Below, in pieces: positions 24,502 through 34,753 of a DNA stretch of 64,000 nt (positions within the stretch are counted from its first letter, which is position 1; each line of letters opens with the position of its first letter). Made by a program: the position numbers and the translations under genes. Under the pieces are notes generated by a model. That model saw only the letters and a list, made by a program, of their open reading frames with translations. It had not been told where the DNA came from and made no database searches. The DNA is from a virus (taxonomy: Duplodnaviria > Caudoviricetes): IMG/VR virus record IMGVR_UViG_651703056_000001, positions 32,001 through 96,000 of that record; one strand, 5' to 3'.

Positions 24502-25153
24502 ACTAATTAACAAACCAGCGTTCCAATACGCATACATCACTATTATCGTGCTTGCTCAATTAGTAGTACTCTGTACAGTTCAAACACCTATTATTCAATG
24601 GGTCTCAGGTATTTCAGGTGCATTATATGTATCAACTTTAACGTTCAGTAAGAAATATACTTTCTTAGTTGCTCTTGTATTTAACACGACAATGTTATTT
24701 ATCGGTATTCAACATGGTATCTTATCTGAAAGTATTCAACAACCATTATTTATGGCAATGGGTATCATTGGATTCATTCACATGAACTTCAAAGGACGAT
24801 ACAAATTTATCAATAATACTCTTCAACGAATTAAAAATATTGAAGTTTGGAAAATTCTCTTACTTAGTGTGGTTGTTATGATAGTTTGGACTTTCATCTC
24901 TAAAGGTCTTGGTTCTCCCATTTGGTGGAAAGACGGAATCCTTGGTGGTGTAGCCATCTCAGCACAGTTATTCTCTATTGCAGGAAGCAAATATAGTTGG
25001 TTCTACTGGATGACACTAAATGCTCTTACAACTTGGACATGGTTTACCTTAGCGACACCTAATGTTACTATGGGTGTTCTATATCTAATCTTCCTTGTAA
25101 ACTCAATCTTTGGTTACGTTTTCTGGAATGTATCTAATAAAGAAATCCTTTAA
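24494..25153 (+). CDS. pnuC: PnuC-like nicotinamide riboside/nucleoside transporter
   Basis: Multi-TM; P.W.D, AQ, W.YW..LN, Y...SIFGY..W motifs. Confidence 0.8.
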   Translation: MTKLINKPAFQYAYITIIVLAQLVVLCTVQTPIIQWVSGISGALYVSTLTFSKKYTFLVALVFNTTMLFIGIQHGILSESIQQPLFMAMGIIGFIHMNFKGRYKFINNTLQRIKNIEVWKILLLSVVVMIVWTFISKGLGSPIWWKDGILGGVAISAQLFSIAGSKYSWFYWMTLNALTTWTWFTLATPNVTMGVLYLIFLVNSIFGYVFWNVSNKEIL

Positions 25154-25198
25154 ATGAAGAAAAATACAGCCACAGTTAATTCTGTGGTTTTATGTTAC

Positions 25199-25227
25199 TT
25201 GACAAACCATGAAAAATATGGTATAAT
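25199..25227 (+). promoter_or_regulatory. Sigma70-type promoter of nrdD
   Basis: TTGACA-17-TATAAT with TG. Confidence 0.85.
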
Positions 25228-25256
25228 ATAACTTGTATAGAAATGGGAGGAAATAG

Positions 25257-28200
25257 ATGGACAATTTATTTGTTGTTAAGAAAAGAACAGATGAGAAACA
25301 AGAAAGGGTGACAGAGGAGTGGAACTTCGATAAGGTAATTTCTGCTTGTCAAAAGTCAGCCCAACACATAGACAAACCTCTAACTAAAGAACAAATCGCT
25401 AAGATTAAATCCTTGGTGGAACTTGCTATTGCTAAACGTAGAGACGATATTTTAGCTGATACAAGTATACAGCATGAAGATAAACTTCATTACATTAATG
25501 TGCGTGAAATTCACGATATTGTTTTGTTAGCTCTTAAACAAGTTGATACTGATATCTATGATTCATATCATGAATATCGAAATTATAAAATATCGCAAGA
25601 TAAGCATTATCGTGAACTATACAAGGATTTAGATAGTCTTAAGAATGGAATTTATACTGAGAATGCAAACAAAGATAGCTCTATTAATTCAACTAAACGT
25701 TCTCTTCTTGCTGAAATGACCCAGAAGAAAATTGTGACTGACTTTATTCTTCAAAAGAACTGGGCTAAGGCTCATGAAGAAGGATGGATTTATATTCATG
25801 ACTTAGGAGATTTATACTGGCGAAGTTTCAATTGTGATAACGTTGATTTAGCAAATATCATTAAGACTAAAAAGCAAAAAGACGGAGAGTATGCTTTTAC
25901 TTTAAATGGTATTAAATATCCTGAACCTAAATCAATTAGTTCAGCATTCAATTTAGTGGCAGATTTGATTTTACAGATGTCTAGCCAACAGCACGGAGGA
26001 CTGAGTGTCCAGAACTTTGACTATTTCCTAGCACCTTATGCAGAATTAACTTACGATAAAGCATTCAAAAGATATATGGAAAAGGGAATTGCATATGACA
26101 CATCACGTGAAATGGCAGAAGAAGATACTCTTTATGCAATCAAACAAGGTGTTCAAGGGTTTGAACTTGAAATAAGTACTATCTCTAATGCATTGGGACA
26201 AATTCCATTTACATCAATTGGTTTTGGATTAGATACATCGAAATGGGGTCGTGAAATTACTCGTGCCTTCTTGCTTGAGCGTTCTGAACCAGATTGTGTA
26301 CTTGTCTTTCCTAAATTAATTTTTGCTAGTGCTAAAGAAGTTAACTTGAATCCTGATTCACCTAACTATGATTTATTCCAATTGGCTATTAAATGCAGTT
26401 CAACTAAACTATATCCTGACTATGTTTCAATGGATAATGGTATTCTTGCTCCTGCGTACAGTCGTCACAAAGATGACCTAGACCAAATTTTATCAGTACC
26501 AATGGGTTAGTGAAAATGTAGCCCATTTAAAACCTTGTGAACCTCTCTTAGAGGGTGTGGATTAATATAATCTGCTAACAGTTAGGTCTTATTGATGTTT
26601 GTAGCAATCTTTAAGATGAGACTGTGCCAAGCCAAACTATGTTTGGAAGGTGCAACGACTATCCGTGATGAGTGTAGCGGAGCTTAGAAATAAGATATGT
26701 TTTAAAAACATATAGACCATGAGATAAGAACATGGTCGGAGCGCAAGGCAACTTTATGTTGATGATATAGTCTGTCCCATTGGTGACAATGGATTTTAGA
26801 GAAAATCATAACTCTAAACAAAGTATGTGCAGAAGCTACAATAATGTTGAATTTATTAATCCTTTAGAAGATTCAGAAGACTTCCAAAAAGAAGTTTATA
26901 AAGGACGTGGAAATGTTGGTGTAGTAACAATTAATTTCCCTAAAATTGCTATAGAATCAGGTGGTAACTGGAATAAATTCTATGAATTACTACATAAATA
27001 TACCAATATGACGATGGATATCTTAGATTGGAGATATTATTATGCTGGAGAGGCTAGAGCAGAAAGCAATCCTCTCATGTGGATGGAAGGTGGTGCATGG
27101 AGACGACTCAATCATGATGAAAAAATCTCTAAAACAATCTTTAATTTCACTGCCTCTGTTGGTATTATTGGGTTCAATGAAGCTTTGAACTACATGTATT
27201 TGAATAATGGGTATGAAGTTGATAACTTACCAAATTATAAGAGTGGTGAACAACGTCAACAAGACCAAATAAAATTCATGGAAGTACTTAATTCAATTAA
27301 AGAATTTAGAAATATCCATGATGCTGTTCGTATTGATGAAGAGGGTATTCAAACTCGTGTTTGGGATGATGAAGGAAACTTTATTAATCCAGACCCCGAT
27401 AAGAAATACCTTGAAGTTTATGAAAAGTTAGACACTACACGCAAAACAACTATTATCCCTCGTATGTATTCTATCTATGGAACACCTGCTGAATCTCTTG
27501 TGTATAAAATGATGAAGCAATTACAAGAACAGTATGGATTCATCAATGGTATTACATCTCAAGAAGATGGAAAAGGACGTAATTACATTACTAATTCATT
27601 CCACCAGCCAGTGTGGGTAGAATCAAATGTATTTGATAAGATTGATTTTGAAGCACCTTTCCATTTGGACAAAATGGCAAGTGGTGGACATATCAGTCAA
27701 AATGAATTTGCATATGGTACACCTGTGACAGTTCTTGAACAAACTGTTAAATATGCTATGGAACGAGGCATGTATTATGGGATTAATATCGCATCTAGTC
27801 ATTGTTTTGATTGTGGATGGAATGGAGAGACAGCAGACACTTGTGCTGAGTGTGGTTCAGAGAATGTAGTAACAATTCAACGTGTTTGTTTCACAGGAGA
27901 AAACCTTGTATTTACCGACAAGGGGTACGTAAAAATCAAAGATATCAAAGTGGGTGACAAGGTTTGGACAATGAATAAGAGATTTAAACCTGTCGTTCAA
28001 GTTGGTAAAAAAGAAGTAGAAAAAACAATTAATCTTAAAATTTCAGGAACAGAAGATGTTGTATCAACCTTAGACCATCCTTTCTTTGCTAAAAAAGATA
28101 AAAATTCAGAAACAGAATTAATCGAAGCACAAAACCTAACAAAAGACTCTTATATTGCAGTACCAATTAATCAAGAATCTATTGTTCCAAAAGTGGAAGG

Positions 28201-29074
28201 GTTGCCTGTTGAAGATAAAGATTTCTGGTGGTTAGTTGGTCGTTATTTAGGTGACGGTTGGGTCAAACAACATAGTGAAAACTCTATTAGAAGTTATATT
28301 TGTGTTGGGAAAGACGATTCTAATGGTATTGAAAAAATTCAATATGTAATAGATAAGTTTAACCTTGGCTATACAGATAAAAGAGAGACTCGAACTACAT
28401 ATATTTGGTCGACGTTTGATAAAACATTTAATAATTTTATGAAACAAATGGGACATAGAGCTGAAAATAAACAGATTCCTGTGGAATGGCTTAATCTACC
28501 TATTGATTTGGCGAGAGAACTTCTTTATGGATATCTTTCTGCTGATGGGTGCGTTCATAATAATAAGCAAATTTGTAACTCTGTTTCTCGTAAATTGTTA
28601 TATGGAATTGGACAACTTGTATTAAAAGTTGAAAATAAAGGATATACTATTTACAAAAATAGAGATGCTGGAATTATGGAGATAGAAGGTAGAACAGTAA
28701 ACACCAAAGCGAGATATGACCTAAAATTCTCTTTAAACAAACCAACTATGAGTTTTGTTCAAAATGGTTATGCTTTCTTTAGAGTTAGAGGTTCTGAAAT
28801 TGTAGAAAAAAATGATACAGTTTACTCTTTGACAGTTTTAGATGATGCAAGTTATACTATTCAAAATCTACTTGTTAAGAATTGCGGTTACCTTTCTATT
28901 ACATCACGCAACGGACATAGTGTCGTAAATGCTGGTAAAACCGAAGAATTACTTGAACGTGTTAATCATGTTGGAAATGCTAAAAAAGAATACACTAAAA
29001 ACTTTGAGAAAAAACACGACATACAAAGAGATGTTGTATCTAAAGAGTTCTCAATGTTTGAAACAGGAGAATAA
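25257..29074 (+). CDS. nrdD: Anaerobic ribonucleotide reductase, spliced: exon 1 25257-26507, exon 2 26828-29074, with intein
   Basis: ATP-cone, ENANKDS, HIHD-like YIHDL, FPKL; PMG|CRS restored by splicing; TPAES, YITNSFH, SGGHI, CxxC-CxxC, RV|CGY. Confidence 0.93.
26508..26827 (+). mobile_element. Group I intron (320 nt, no homing endonuclease)
   Basis: P1 ATGGGT|TA..TAGCCCAT with U.G at 5' splice site; R GCAACGACTA and S GATATAGTC core; terminal G before TGCAGA. Confidence 0.92.
27887..28882 (+). mobile_element. Intein (332 aa) with LAGLIDADG domain in NrdD
   Basis: CFTGENLV start, TLDHPF block B, GRYLGDG and GYLSADG blocks, LVKN|C end. Confidence 0.93.
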
Positions 29075-29670
29075 TGGCTTATATACACCAAATAAATGCT
29101 ATGGACTTTGAGAACAGCTTCCAAGAGGGCGGATTTAGACACGATAAACAATCTAAAATCCCTGTGGGGGCTGTTGTTTCAGTCTTTATAAACTACTGTT
29201 CATTCCATTGTTTGGGATGTTGGAATAGTGATACGTGGGATAGGAAGGATGACCTTTACATTCCAGATGAAAAAGTTGCAGAACAAATCATCGAAGGATT
29301 AGACCAGTTTGACTTAAATCCATCGATAGGGTTGAGTTTCTTGGGTGGCGACCCTATTTTACCACAGAATGCAGAATCAACAGCTAATATAATTAGACTT
29401 GTTTTAGAGAAGAGACCTAATGTTGTTATTGGTTTATGGACTGGATATAAATTTGAATATCTTTTAAAACATGCTGATGAGAACCAAAAATACATTTTAA
29501 AGCATATAGATGTTATCATTGATGGCAGATTTATTGAAAAGAAAAAGATAGCAAACAAAAGATATGGTTCTTATAACCAACGAGTTATTAATGTTCCTGA
29601 GTCATTAAAAGAGGGTCAAACAGTAATTACAGAATTTTATAAACAAGATATGAAAGATTTTCCAGTATAA
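29074..29670 (+). CDS. nrdG: Anaerobic RNR activating enzyme (radical SAM)
   Basis: CSFHCLGCWN, GLSFLGGDP, DVIIDGRF, GS.NQR. Confidence 0.95.
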   Translation: MAYIHQINAMDFENSFQEGGFRHDKQSKIPVGAVVSVFINYCSFHCLGCWNSDTWDRKDDLYIPDEKVAEQIIEGLDQFDLNPSIGLSFLGGDPILPQNAESTANIIRLVLEKRPNVVIGLWTGYKFEYLLKHADENQKYILKHIDVIIDGRFIEKKKIANKRYGSYNQRVINVPESLKEGQTVITEFYKQDMKDFPV

Positions 29671-29674
29671 ATTT

Positions 29675-29715
29675 AAAAGCTATTCCTTGACGGGGGTAGC
29701 TTTTTGTGGTATAAT
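29675..29715 (+). promoter_or_regulatory. Terminator hairpin with embedded promoter
   Basis: AAAAGCTATTCC..GGGGTAGCTTTT; TTGACG(29687)-17-TATAAT(29710). Confidence 0.75.
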
Positions 29716-29745
29716 AGTATTAACATAAAATGAAAAGAGTGAATA

Positions 29746-30474
29746 ATGCGTGGAAAAAGATTAACAACAGAGGAAGTAAAGGAAAGAATTGAATACTTAA
29801 CAGGCAATGAGTACTTGTTACTTGGAAATTATGTTAATGCACATACTAAAATATTAATTAAACACAATCTCTGTAGAAATACCTATGAGGTAAAATGGGG
29901 TAGTTTTCAACAAGGAACAAGATGTCCAAGATGTTTTGGCAGTGAGAAATTAAACAATAAAGAAATTGATAAGAGAATATTTGAATTAACAAAAAATGAA
30001 TATATTAGGATTGGGGATTATAAAGGTACACATACTAAAATACAAGTCAAACATAGTCTCTGCGGAACAAAATATGAGGTAACATGGAGTAGTTTTCAAA
30101 GTGGTAGAAGGTGTCCAAGATGCAACGAATCTAAAGGAGAAAAAGAAATCTCAGATATCTTAAACTCTTTAGGTATTAAATACATTTCTCAAAAAAGATT
30201 TAAAAAATGTAAATATAAAAAGACTTTACCTTTTGACTTTTATGTTCATGACAAAAAATCTAAGCTCCTTATTGAGTTTGATGGAGAACAACATTTTAAA
30301 TCTGTAGAATATTTTGGCGGAGAGAAAGCTTTTCGAGATACTCAACTCAGAGACCAAATCAAAAACGATTTTGCACTGTCAAATAACATTCCTTTATTAA
30401 GAATCCCTTACACAGAACAAGACAATATCGAACAAATCATAACAAATAAACTAAAAGAATTAAATTTTATTTAA
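29746..30474 (+). CDS. Free-standing endonuclease: repeated Zn-binding units plus Vsr/DUF559-like nuclease domain
   Basis: Two KH.LC..YEV.W.SFQ.G.RCPRC repeats; SKGE, LPFDFY, IEFDGEQHF, RIPY. Confidence 0.8.
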   Translation: MRGKRLTTEEVKERIEYLTGNEYLLLGNYVNAHTKILIKHNLCRNTYEVKWGSFQQGTRCPRCFGSEKLNNKEIDKRIFELTKNEYIRIGDYKGTHTKIQVKHSLCGTKYEVTWSSFQSGRRCPRCNESKGEKEISDILNSLGIKYISQKRFKKCKYKKTLPFDFYVHDKKSKLLIEFDGEQHFKSVEYFGGEKAFRDTQLRDQIKNDFALSNNIPLLRIPYTEQDNIEQIITNKLKELNFI

Positions 30475-30477
30475 CTC

Positions 30478-30506
30478 TTGACAAATTAAAATAAATATGT
30501 TATAAT
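30478..30506 (+). promoter_or_regulatory. Sigma70-type promoter
   Basis: TTGACA-17-TATAAT with TG. Confidence 0.85.
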
Positions 30507-30527
30507 ATTATATAGAAGGAGAATAAT

Positions 30528-30725
30528 ATGAATTTATTAGAACACTATATTGAGGAAATTGTTTTTGAAAAGCCTTATAAAGCTGACTGGACAAAACAAC
30601 ATAAAGAGAAATTCATAGAAGTCGAAATGATTGTAAATGTTCATGGTGGGCTATCTAGCGCACATAAAATTTTTACAGTTGACAAATGGAAAAAAGTTAA
30701 AGAAAAAGGCTTCTATATTGCGTAA
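30528..30725 (+). CDS. Hypothetical phage protein
   Basis: AAGGAG RBS; MNLLEHYIEE...KGFY. Confidence 0.75.
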   Translation: MNLLEHYIEEIVFEKPYKADWTKQHKEKFIEVEMIVNVHGGLSSAHKIFTVDKWKKVKEKGFYIA

Positions 30726-30745
30726 TTATAAAGGAGGTGTGTAAA

Positions 30746-30997
30746 ATGACACTAGGTTCAGTAACTTTCACAATGAAAGGTTTGGTAAAATCAGAATCGG
30801 ATAATTTTGTTTTAGTTCAGCACGACAATCTATATCAAGTATTCGAGAAAGATAGTGATAATCCATTTATCGTTTACGATGATAAAACAAAGCAATTAGA
30901 CTACCTAAACAAAAATGTTTATTCTGCTGATAATCAAAATAAAGCTCGTGCTATATACGAGAAATTACAGATTATCAAAAATAACAGAACGTTTTAG
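30746..30997 (+). CDS. Hypothetical phage protein
   Basis: AAGGAGGT RBS. Confidence 0.65.
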   Translation: MTLGSVTFTMKGLVKSESDNFVLVQHDNLYQVFEKDSDNPFIVYDDKTKQLDYLNKNVYSADNQNKARAIYEKLQIIKNNRTF

Positions 30998-31035
30998 TTG
31001 ACAAAATAAGACTATTATGGTATAATAGTCTTATT
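30998..31035 (+). promoter_or_regulatory. nrdH promoter with 14-bp inverted repeat over the -10
   Basis: TTGACA(30998)-17-TATAAT(31021); AATAAGACTATTAT-ggt-ATAATAGTCTTATT. Confidence 0.8.
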
Positions 31036-31060
31036 GCTTTATATAGAAGGAGATATAAAA

Positions 31061-31300
31061 ATGGTTAAAGTATACAGTAAATACAATTGTAAAAATTGTA
31101 AACAAGTTAAACGCTTACTCAAATTCTCAGGAATTGATTATATTGAGATTAATGTTGAAGATGATGAAGAAGCCTTTAAATATATTAAAGAAGGACTGGG
31201 GTTCTCTAATCTTCCAGTTATCGTAGCTCAAGATGTAGAACCATTTGAGTTCAACTCTACCAAAGTAAATGAATTTGTTAAAGGCTATACACATGGATAA
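31061..31300 (+). CDS. nrdH: NrdH-like redoxin
   Basis: VYSK..CKNC..VKR.L, G...LPVI; AAGGAG RBS. Confidence 0.88.
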   Translation: MVKVYSKYNCKNCKQVKRLLKFSGIDYIEINVEDDEEAFKYIKEGLGFSNLPVIVAQDVEPFEFNSTKVNEFVKGYTHG

Positions 31301-31664
31301 TATTTTAATTGCTTATAAATCATTAGGTGGAAATTGTGATAGAGTAATTAAAAAACTGGGTATCGAAGGATTCAAGATTGATGGAGATAACATCTACGAC
31401 TTTAATGAGGATAGTAAATTTTATCTCTTGATTCCCACTTATGAGGAAGAGTGGATTGGAGATGCGTGGGATTTTATGGACGATTATCATGAGAACTGCC
31501 TAGGCATTATAGGGTCAGGAAATTTTAACTTTGGAGATGACATGTTCATATTTACAGCGAATGACATGAGTAAGAAATATGATATTCCTGTAATCTATTC
31601 CATTGAGAATTTTGGAAACAAGAAAGACATCAATAACATTAAAGAGTTATTGCAAATAAATTAA
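31293..31664 (+). CDS. nrdI: NrdI flavodoxin
   Basis: Y.S..GN, LIPTY, GIIGSGNFNFG..F. Confidence 0.9.
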   Translation: MDNILIAYKSLGGNCDRVIKKLGIEGFKIDGDNIYDFNEDSKFYLLIPTYEEEWIGDAWDFMDDYHENCLGIIGSGNFNFGDDMFIFTANDMSKKYDIPVIYSIENFGNKKDINNIKELLQIN

Positions 31665-31677
31665 TAGGAGGTTTCAC

Positions 31678-33177
31678 TTGACAGTCACAAAGATTGAAAC
31701 AAAAGAATCAGTAACACCAGAGTATTTTATGCTCAACAACCAACTAAATATCATTAAAGATGGTAAAATTCAGTTGAACGCAGACAGAGAAGCTGTCCAT
31801 AGCTATTTCATTGATTACGTAAATCCACATACAGTCTATTTTGGAGACTTGCGTGAGAAGCTCGACTATTTAGTGAAACATAAGTATATCAAAGGCGAAG
31901 TGCTTGATAAATATACTTTCAAATTTATTAAAAAATTATTTAAAACTCTATATGATAAAAAGTTTAGATTCACAACTTTCATGGGTGCGTATAAGTTTTA
32001 TACACAGTATGCTATGCACACAACAGATGGAAAATCAATTCTTGAACGATATGAAGACCGTATTGCTTTTAATGCCTTAGTTATGGCTGATGGCGATGAG
32101 CAATTGGCTCTCAACATTGCAAATGAAATGATTTCACAAACCTATCAACCTGCAACACCAACATTTTCTAATGCTGGTAAATTGCGTGGGGGTAATGCTG
32201 TATCATGTTTCCTCTTGAATATTGAAGATAATATGACTTCTATCGGACGCTCAGTAAACTCAGTTCTTCAATTATCTAAAATGGGTGGTGGAGTTGCAGG
32301 TACAACTGTGGCTTTATATCTTGCTCGTGCAGGATTTGAACCTGTCCTATTGACAGATGGTGAAATTGGTGGAAATCTTAATTCTATTGATACTATTCAA
32401 AATTACGTTGGAATTTATAACGCAAAAGGTAGTGATATTACAGAAGCAATTCGCTGTCAACTTTATCAAGCTGGATGTGATATGGGTAGCAATATTAAAG
32501 AAGATACTAAAGTCACTAATGTTTCTAAAGATAAGAATGGTATTTATCTGATTACGTATGAAGACCTTTTAGGTGATGAGAGTACTATTCTGTCTAAAAA
32601 CCTTGTCATTGCAACAGGTCAGCATAACCTTAAACTTCCAATTGATGTGGAACAGCACAACTGTGTTTTATGTGATGGTTTTATGTTTAAAGGTGAACCA
32701 GTAGTTGTAATTGGTGGTGGAAATTCTGCTTTAACAGAAGCAATCGAACTAGCTAAAACATCAAGTAAAGTTTATCTCGTTACACGTAGACCTGAGTTCC
32801 GTGCAGAACAACACTTACAAAATGAAATCAAAGAACATGATAACATTGTTCATTCAGTAGGCAATCTTAAATCGGTAGTTGGTGATTCATATATTTTTGA
32901 TACCCACACACTTATTGCAAAAGGGCTTTTTGTTTACATTGGCTCAAAACCTAATACACAGTTTATGGAAGACGAATTAATTCTAACAGATAGCGGACAT
33001 ATTGATACAATGGGTTATAATGCTTTGGTTGGTGTTAAAGGTAGTCGCCACATGGATATTGACCGTAATTTATATGTTGTTGGAGATGTGAATGGTTCAG
33101 TTGAAGCAAAACAATTTGGTATTGCAATTGGTCAAGCCACAGAGGTTGCAGTTCAGCTTATTAAAAAATTGTCATAA
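31678..33177 (+). CDS. Chimera: NrdE N-terminus (~200 aa) fused in frame to thioredoxin reductase
   Basis: NrdE motifs YKFY..YA, LERYEDR, PATPTF.NAG, SCFLL, LQLSK.GGG; then TrxB motifs GGGVAG, IATG, CVLCDG, VIGGGNSA, GDV. Confidence 0.88.
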   Translation: MTVTKIETKESVTPEYFMLNNQLNIIKDGKIQLNADREAVHSYFIDYVNPHTVYFGDLREKLDYLVKHKYIKGEVLDKYTFKFIKKLFKTLYDKKFRFTTFMGAYKFYTQYAMHTTDGKSILERYEDRIAFNALVMADGDEQLALNIANEMISQTYQPATPTFSNAGKLRGGNAVSCFLLNIEDNMTSIGRSVNSVLQLSKMGGGVAGTTVALYLARAGFEPVLLTDGEIGGNLNSIDTIQNYVGIYNAKGSDITEAIRCQLYQAGCDMGSNIKEDTKVTNVSKDKNGIYLITYEDLLGDESTILSKNLVIATGQHNLKLPIDVEQHNCVLCDGFMFKGEPVVVIGGGNSALTEAIELAKTSSKVYLVTRRPEFRAEQHLQNEIKEHDNIVHSVGNLKSVVGDSYIFDTHTLIAKGLFVYIGSKPNTQFMEDELILTDSGHIDTMGYNALVGVKGSRHMDIDRNLYVVGDVNGSVEAKQFGIAIGQATEVAVQLIKKLS

Positions 33178-33191
33178 TAATGACTTTATTC

Positions 33192-33220
33192 TTGACATAT
33201 ACTATTAATTATGATATAAT
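33192..33220 (+). promoter_or_regulatory. Sigma70-type promoter
   Basis: TTGACA-17-TATAAT with TG. Confidence 0.85.
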
Positions 33221-33255
33221 ATTATGAGCAATATGTTTAGAAAGGAGAACATGAA

Positions 33256-33936
33256 ATGAGTACGAAAAGTGAACTAATATTTGATAATTTAGAAAATATG
33301 GACAATATCCTTGTTTTTGTTGGTGCAAGTGGCAGTGGTAAATCAACTCTTGTAGAACATATCAGAAAAAATTTAGGCATTCCCCAACTTGTCACTACTA
33401 CAACACGACACAAGAGAAAAAATGAAAAAGAAGGAGAAGATTATCACTTTATTGAGTCAGAAGAGTTTAACCGCCTAGCTAATAATCAGTCTTTTTTGGA
33501 AACCACAAGTTATTCTGGTAACTCATATGGCTTAACAAAAGAAGAAATTGATAAAAATTCTAATAATGTATCAACTGTTATCACAGATATTAATGGTGCT
33601 CGTACATTGGCAAATCTGTATCCAGACCGTGTTATGGTCTTTTGGATGAAAAGTACACCACTTAATCTTGTTAAGAGATTGAGAAAGCGTGGCGAAAGCT
33701 GGCTCATAATTATAACGAGACTATTTAATGCTTATCGTTGCCATGAATTTTCCGTTCCATCATCAGAGTTTGCTGATGTAACATTTACGGTTATTCATTC
33801 GGAAGATGATATGGTTAATAATTTCGGAATAGTTTATTATAAGCTATTGACAGATGAGTTCAAAAAGAACACAGATTATCTACAACAACTAGAAAAAGAA
33901 AAGGAATTGAATAATGGCAGAAAGACGTTACTATAA
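33256..33936 (+). CDS. gmk: Guanylate kinase
   Basis: GASGSGKST, TTR..R..E.EGEDYHF, YG. Confidence 0.9.
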   Translation: MSTKSELIFDNLENMDNILVFVGASGSGKSTLVEHIRKNLGIPQLVTTTTRHKRKNEKEGEDYHFIESEEFNRLANNQSFLETTSYSGNSYGLTKEEIDKNSNNVSTVITDINGARTLANLYPDRVMVFWMKSTPLNLVKRLRKRGESWLIIITRLFNAYRCHEFSVPSSEFADVTFTVIHSEDDMVNNFGIVYYKLLTDEFKKNTDYLQQLEKEKELNNGRKTLL

Positions 33937-34657
33937 AGCAGGAGAACAGGTATGGTCAAATCAAGATGGTGTAGTAGCTATCGTTAAAAGTGTTGATACT
34001 GTAAATAAGGAAATGACAGTTTATCTTCTTGATGAAAAAGGTAAGACAACTACAGTAACACGTAACCTTTGGGAATTTGATAAACTTCGTGGATTCAATA
34101 AATATGAAGCTGGGACAATTGGTTTTGCTAAATTCCGTCCGACAGCTAAAATCCCTACTAAAAATCATTTTGAAGATGCAGGATTTGATGTTTATTTAGA
34201 TATTCCTAAAGAACACAAATGGAAAGATTTAGCAGGTCAAGAACATGATTCATGGAATAATGGAGTCCTCTCACTTCATATCTTTAAAGGTAAACCAACT
34301 CTATTACCAACTGGTATTGGAGTGAAAGTTTCAGAAGACTATTATACTGATTGGGCTAATGAACGTGGTTCAACTGGTTTGCAAGGTATGGCTACACTTT
34401 CAGGTGTTGTTGACGCAGGGTATCGTGGTGAAGTATTCCTTGATATTGCTCCGACTTATAAAGATATTATTATCACAAATGCCTATCAAGATGTCAAGGA
34501 AACTGATAATGAAATCTTCTTCCCAATCACAAAAGCTGTTGCTCAAATGATTGTACGTGATAATTTACATTTACGTGAATATGAGTTGTCTATTGATGAT
34601 TTTAAAGATGATGTAACTAATCGAGGAGATTCTAAATTAGGTGCTTCTGGGAAATAA
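33914..34657 (+). CDS. dut: Trimeric dUTPase with N-terminal extension
   Basis: AGFD, RGSTG, GVVDAGYRGE, AQMI, RGDSKLGASG. Confidence 0.9.
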   Translation: MAERRYYKAGEQVWSNQDGVVAIVKSVDTVNKEMTVYLLDEKGKTTTVTRNLWEFDKLRGFNKYEAGTIGFAKFRPTAKIPTKNHFEDAGFDVYLDIPKEHKWKDLAGQEHDSWNNGVLSLHIFKGKPTLLPTGIGVKVSEDYYTDWANERGSTGLQGMATLSGVVDAGYRGEVFLDIAPTYKDIIITNAYQDVKETDNEIFFPITKAVAQMIVRDNLHLREYELSIDDFKDDVTNRGDSKLGASGK

Positions 34658-34666
34658 TAACATATT

Positions 34667-34725
34667 AACTAGCTTCGGCTAGTTTTTGTTTTTCTCTTGA
34701 CAGGTAGGAAAAAATATGATATAAT
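34667..34725 (+). promoter_or_regulatory. Terminator then sigma70 promoter
   Basis: AACTAGC-TTCG-GCTAGTTTTT; TTGACA(34697)-17-TATAAT(34720). Confidence 0.85.
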
Positions 34726-34753
34726 ATTATTATAACAAAAAAAGGAGAAAATA

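Noticed and set aside
26780-26827. Separate gene start for the second nrdD ORF
   Set aside because: It lies inside the group I intron; exon 2 begins at 26828.
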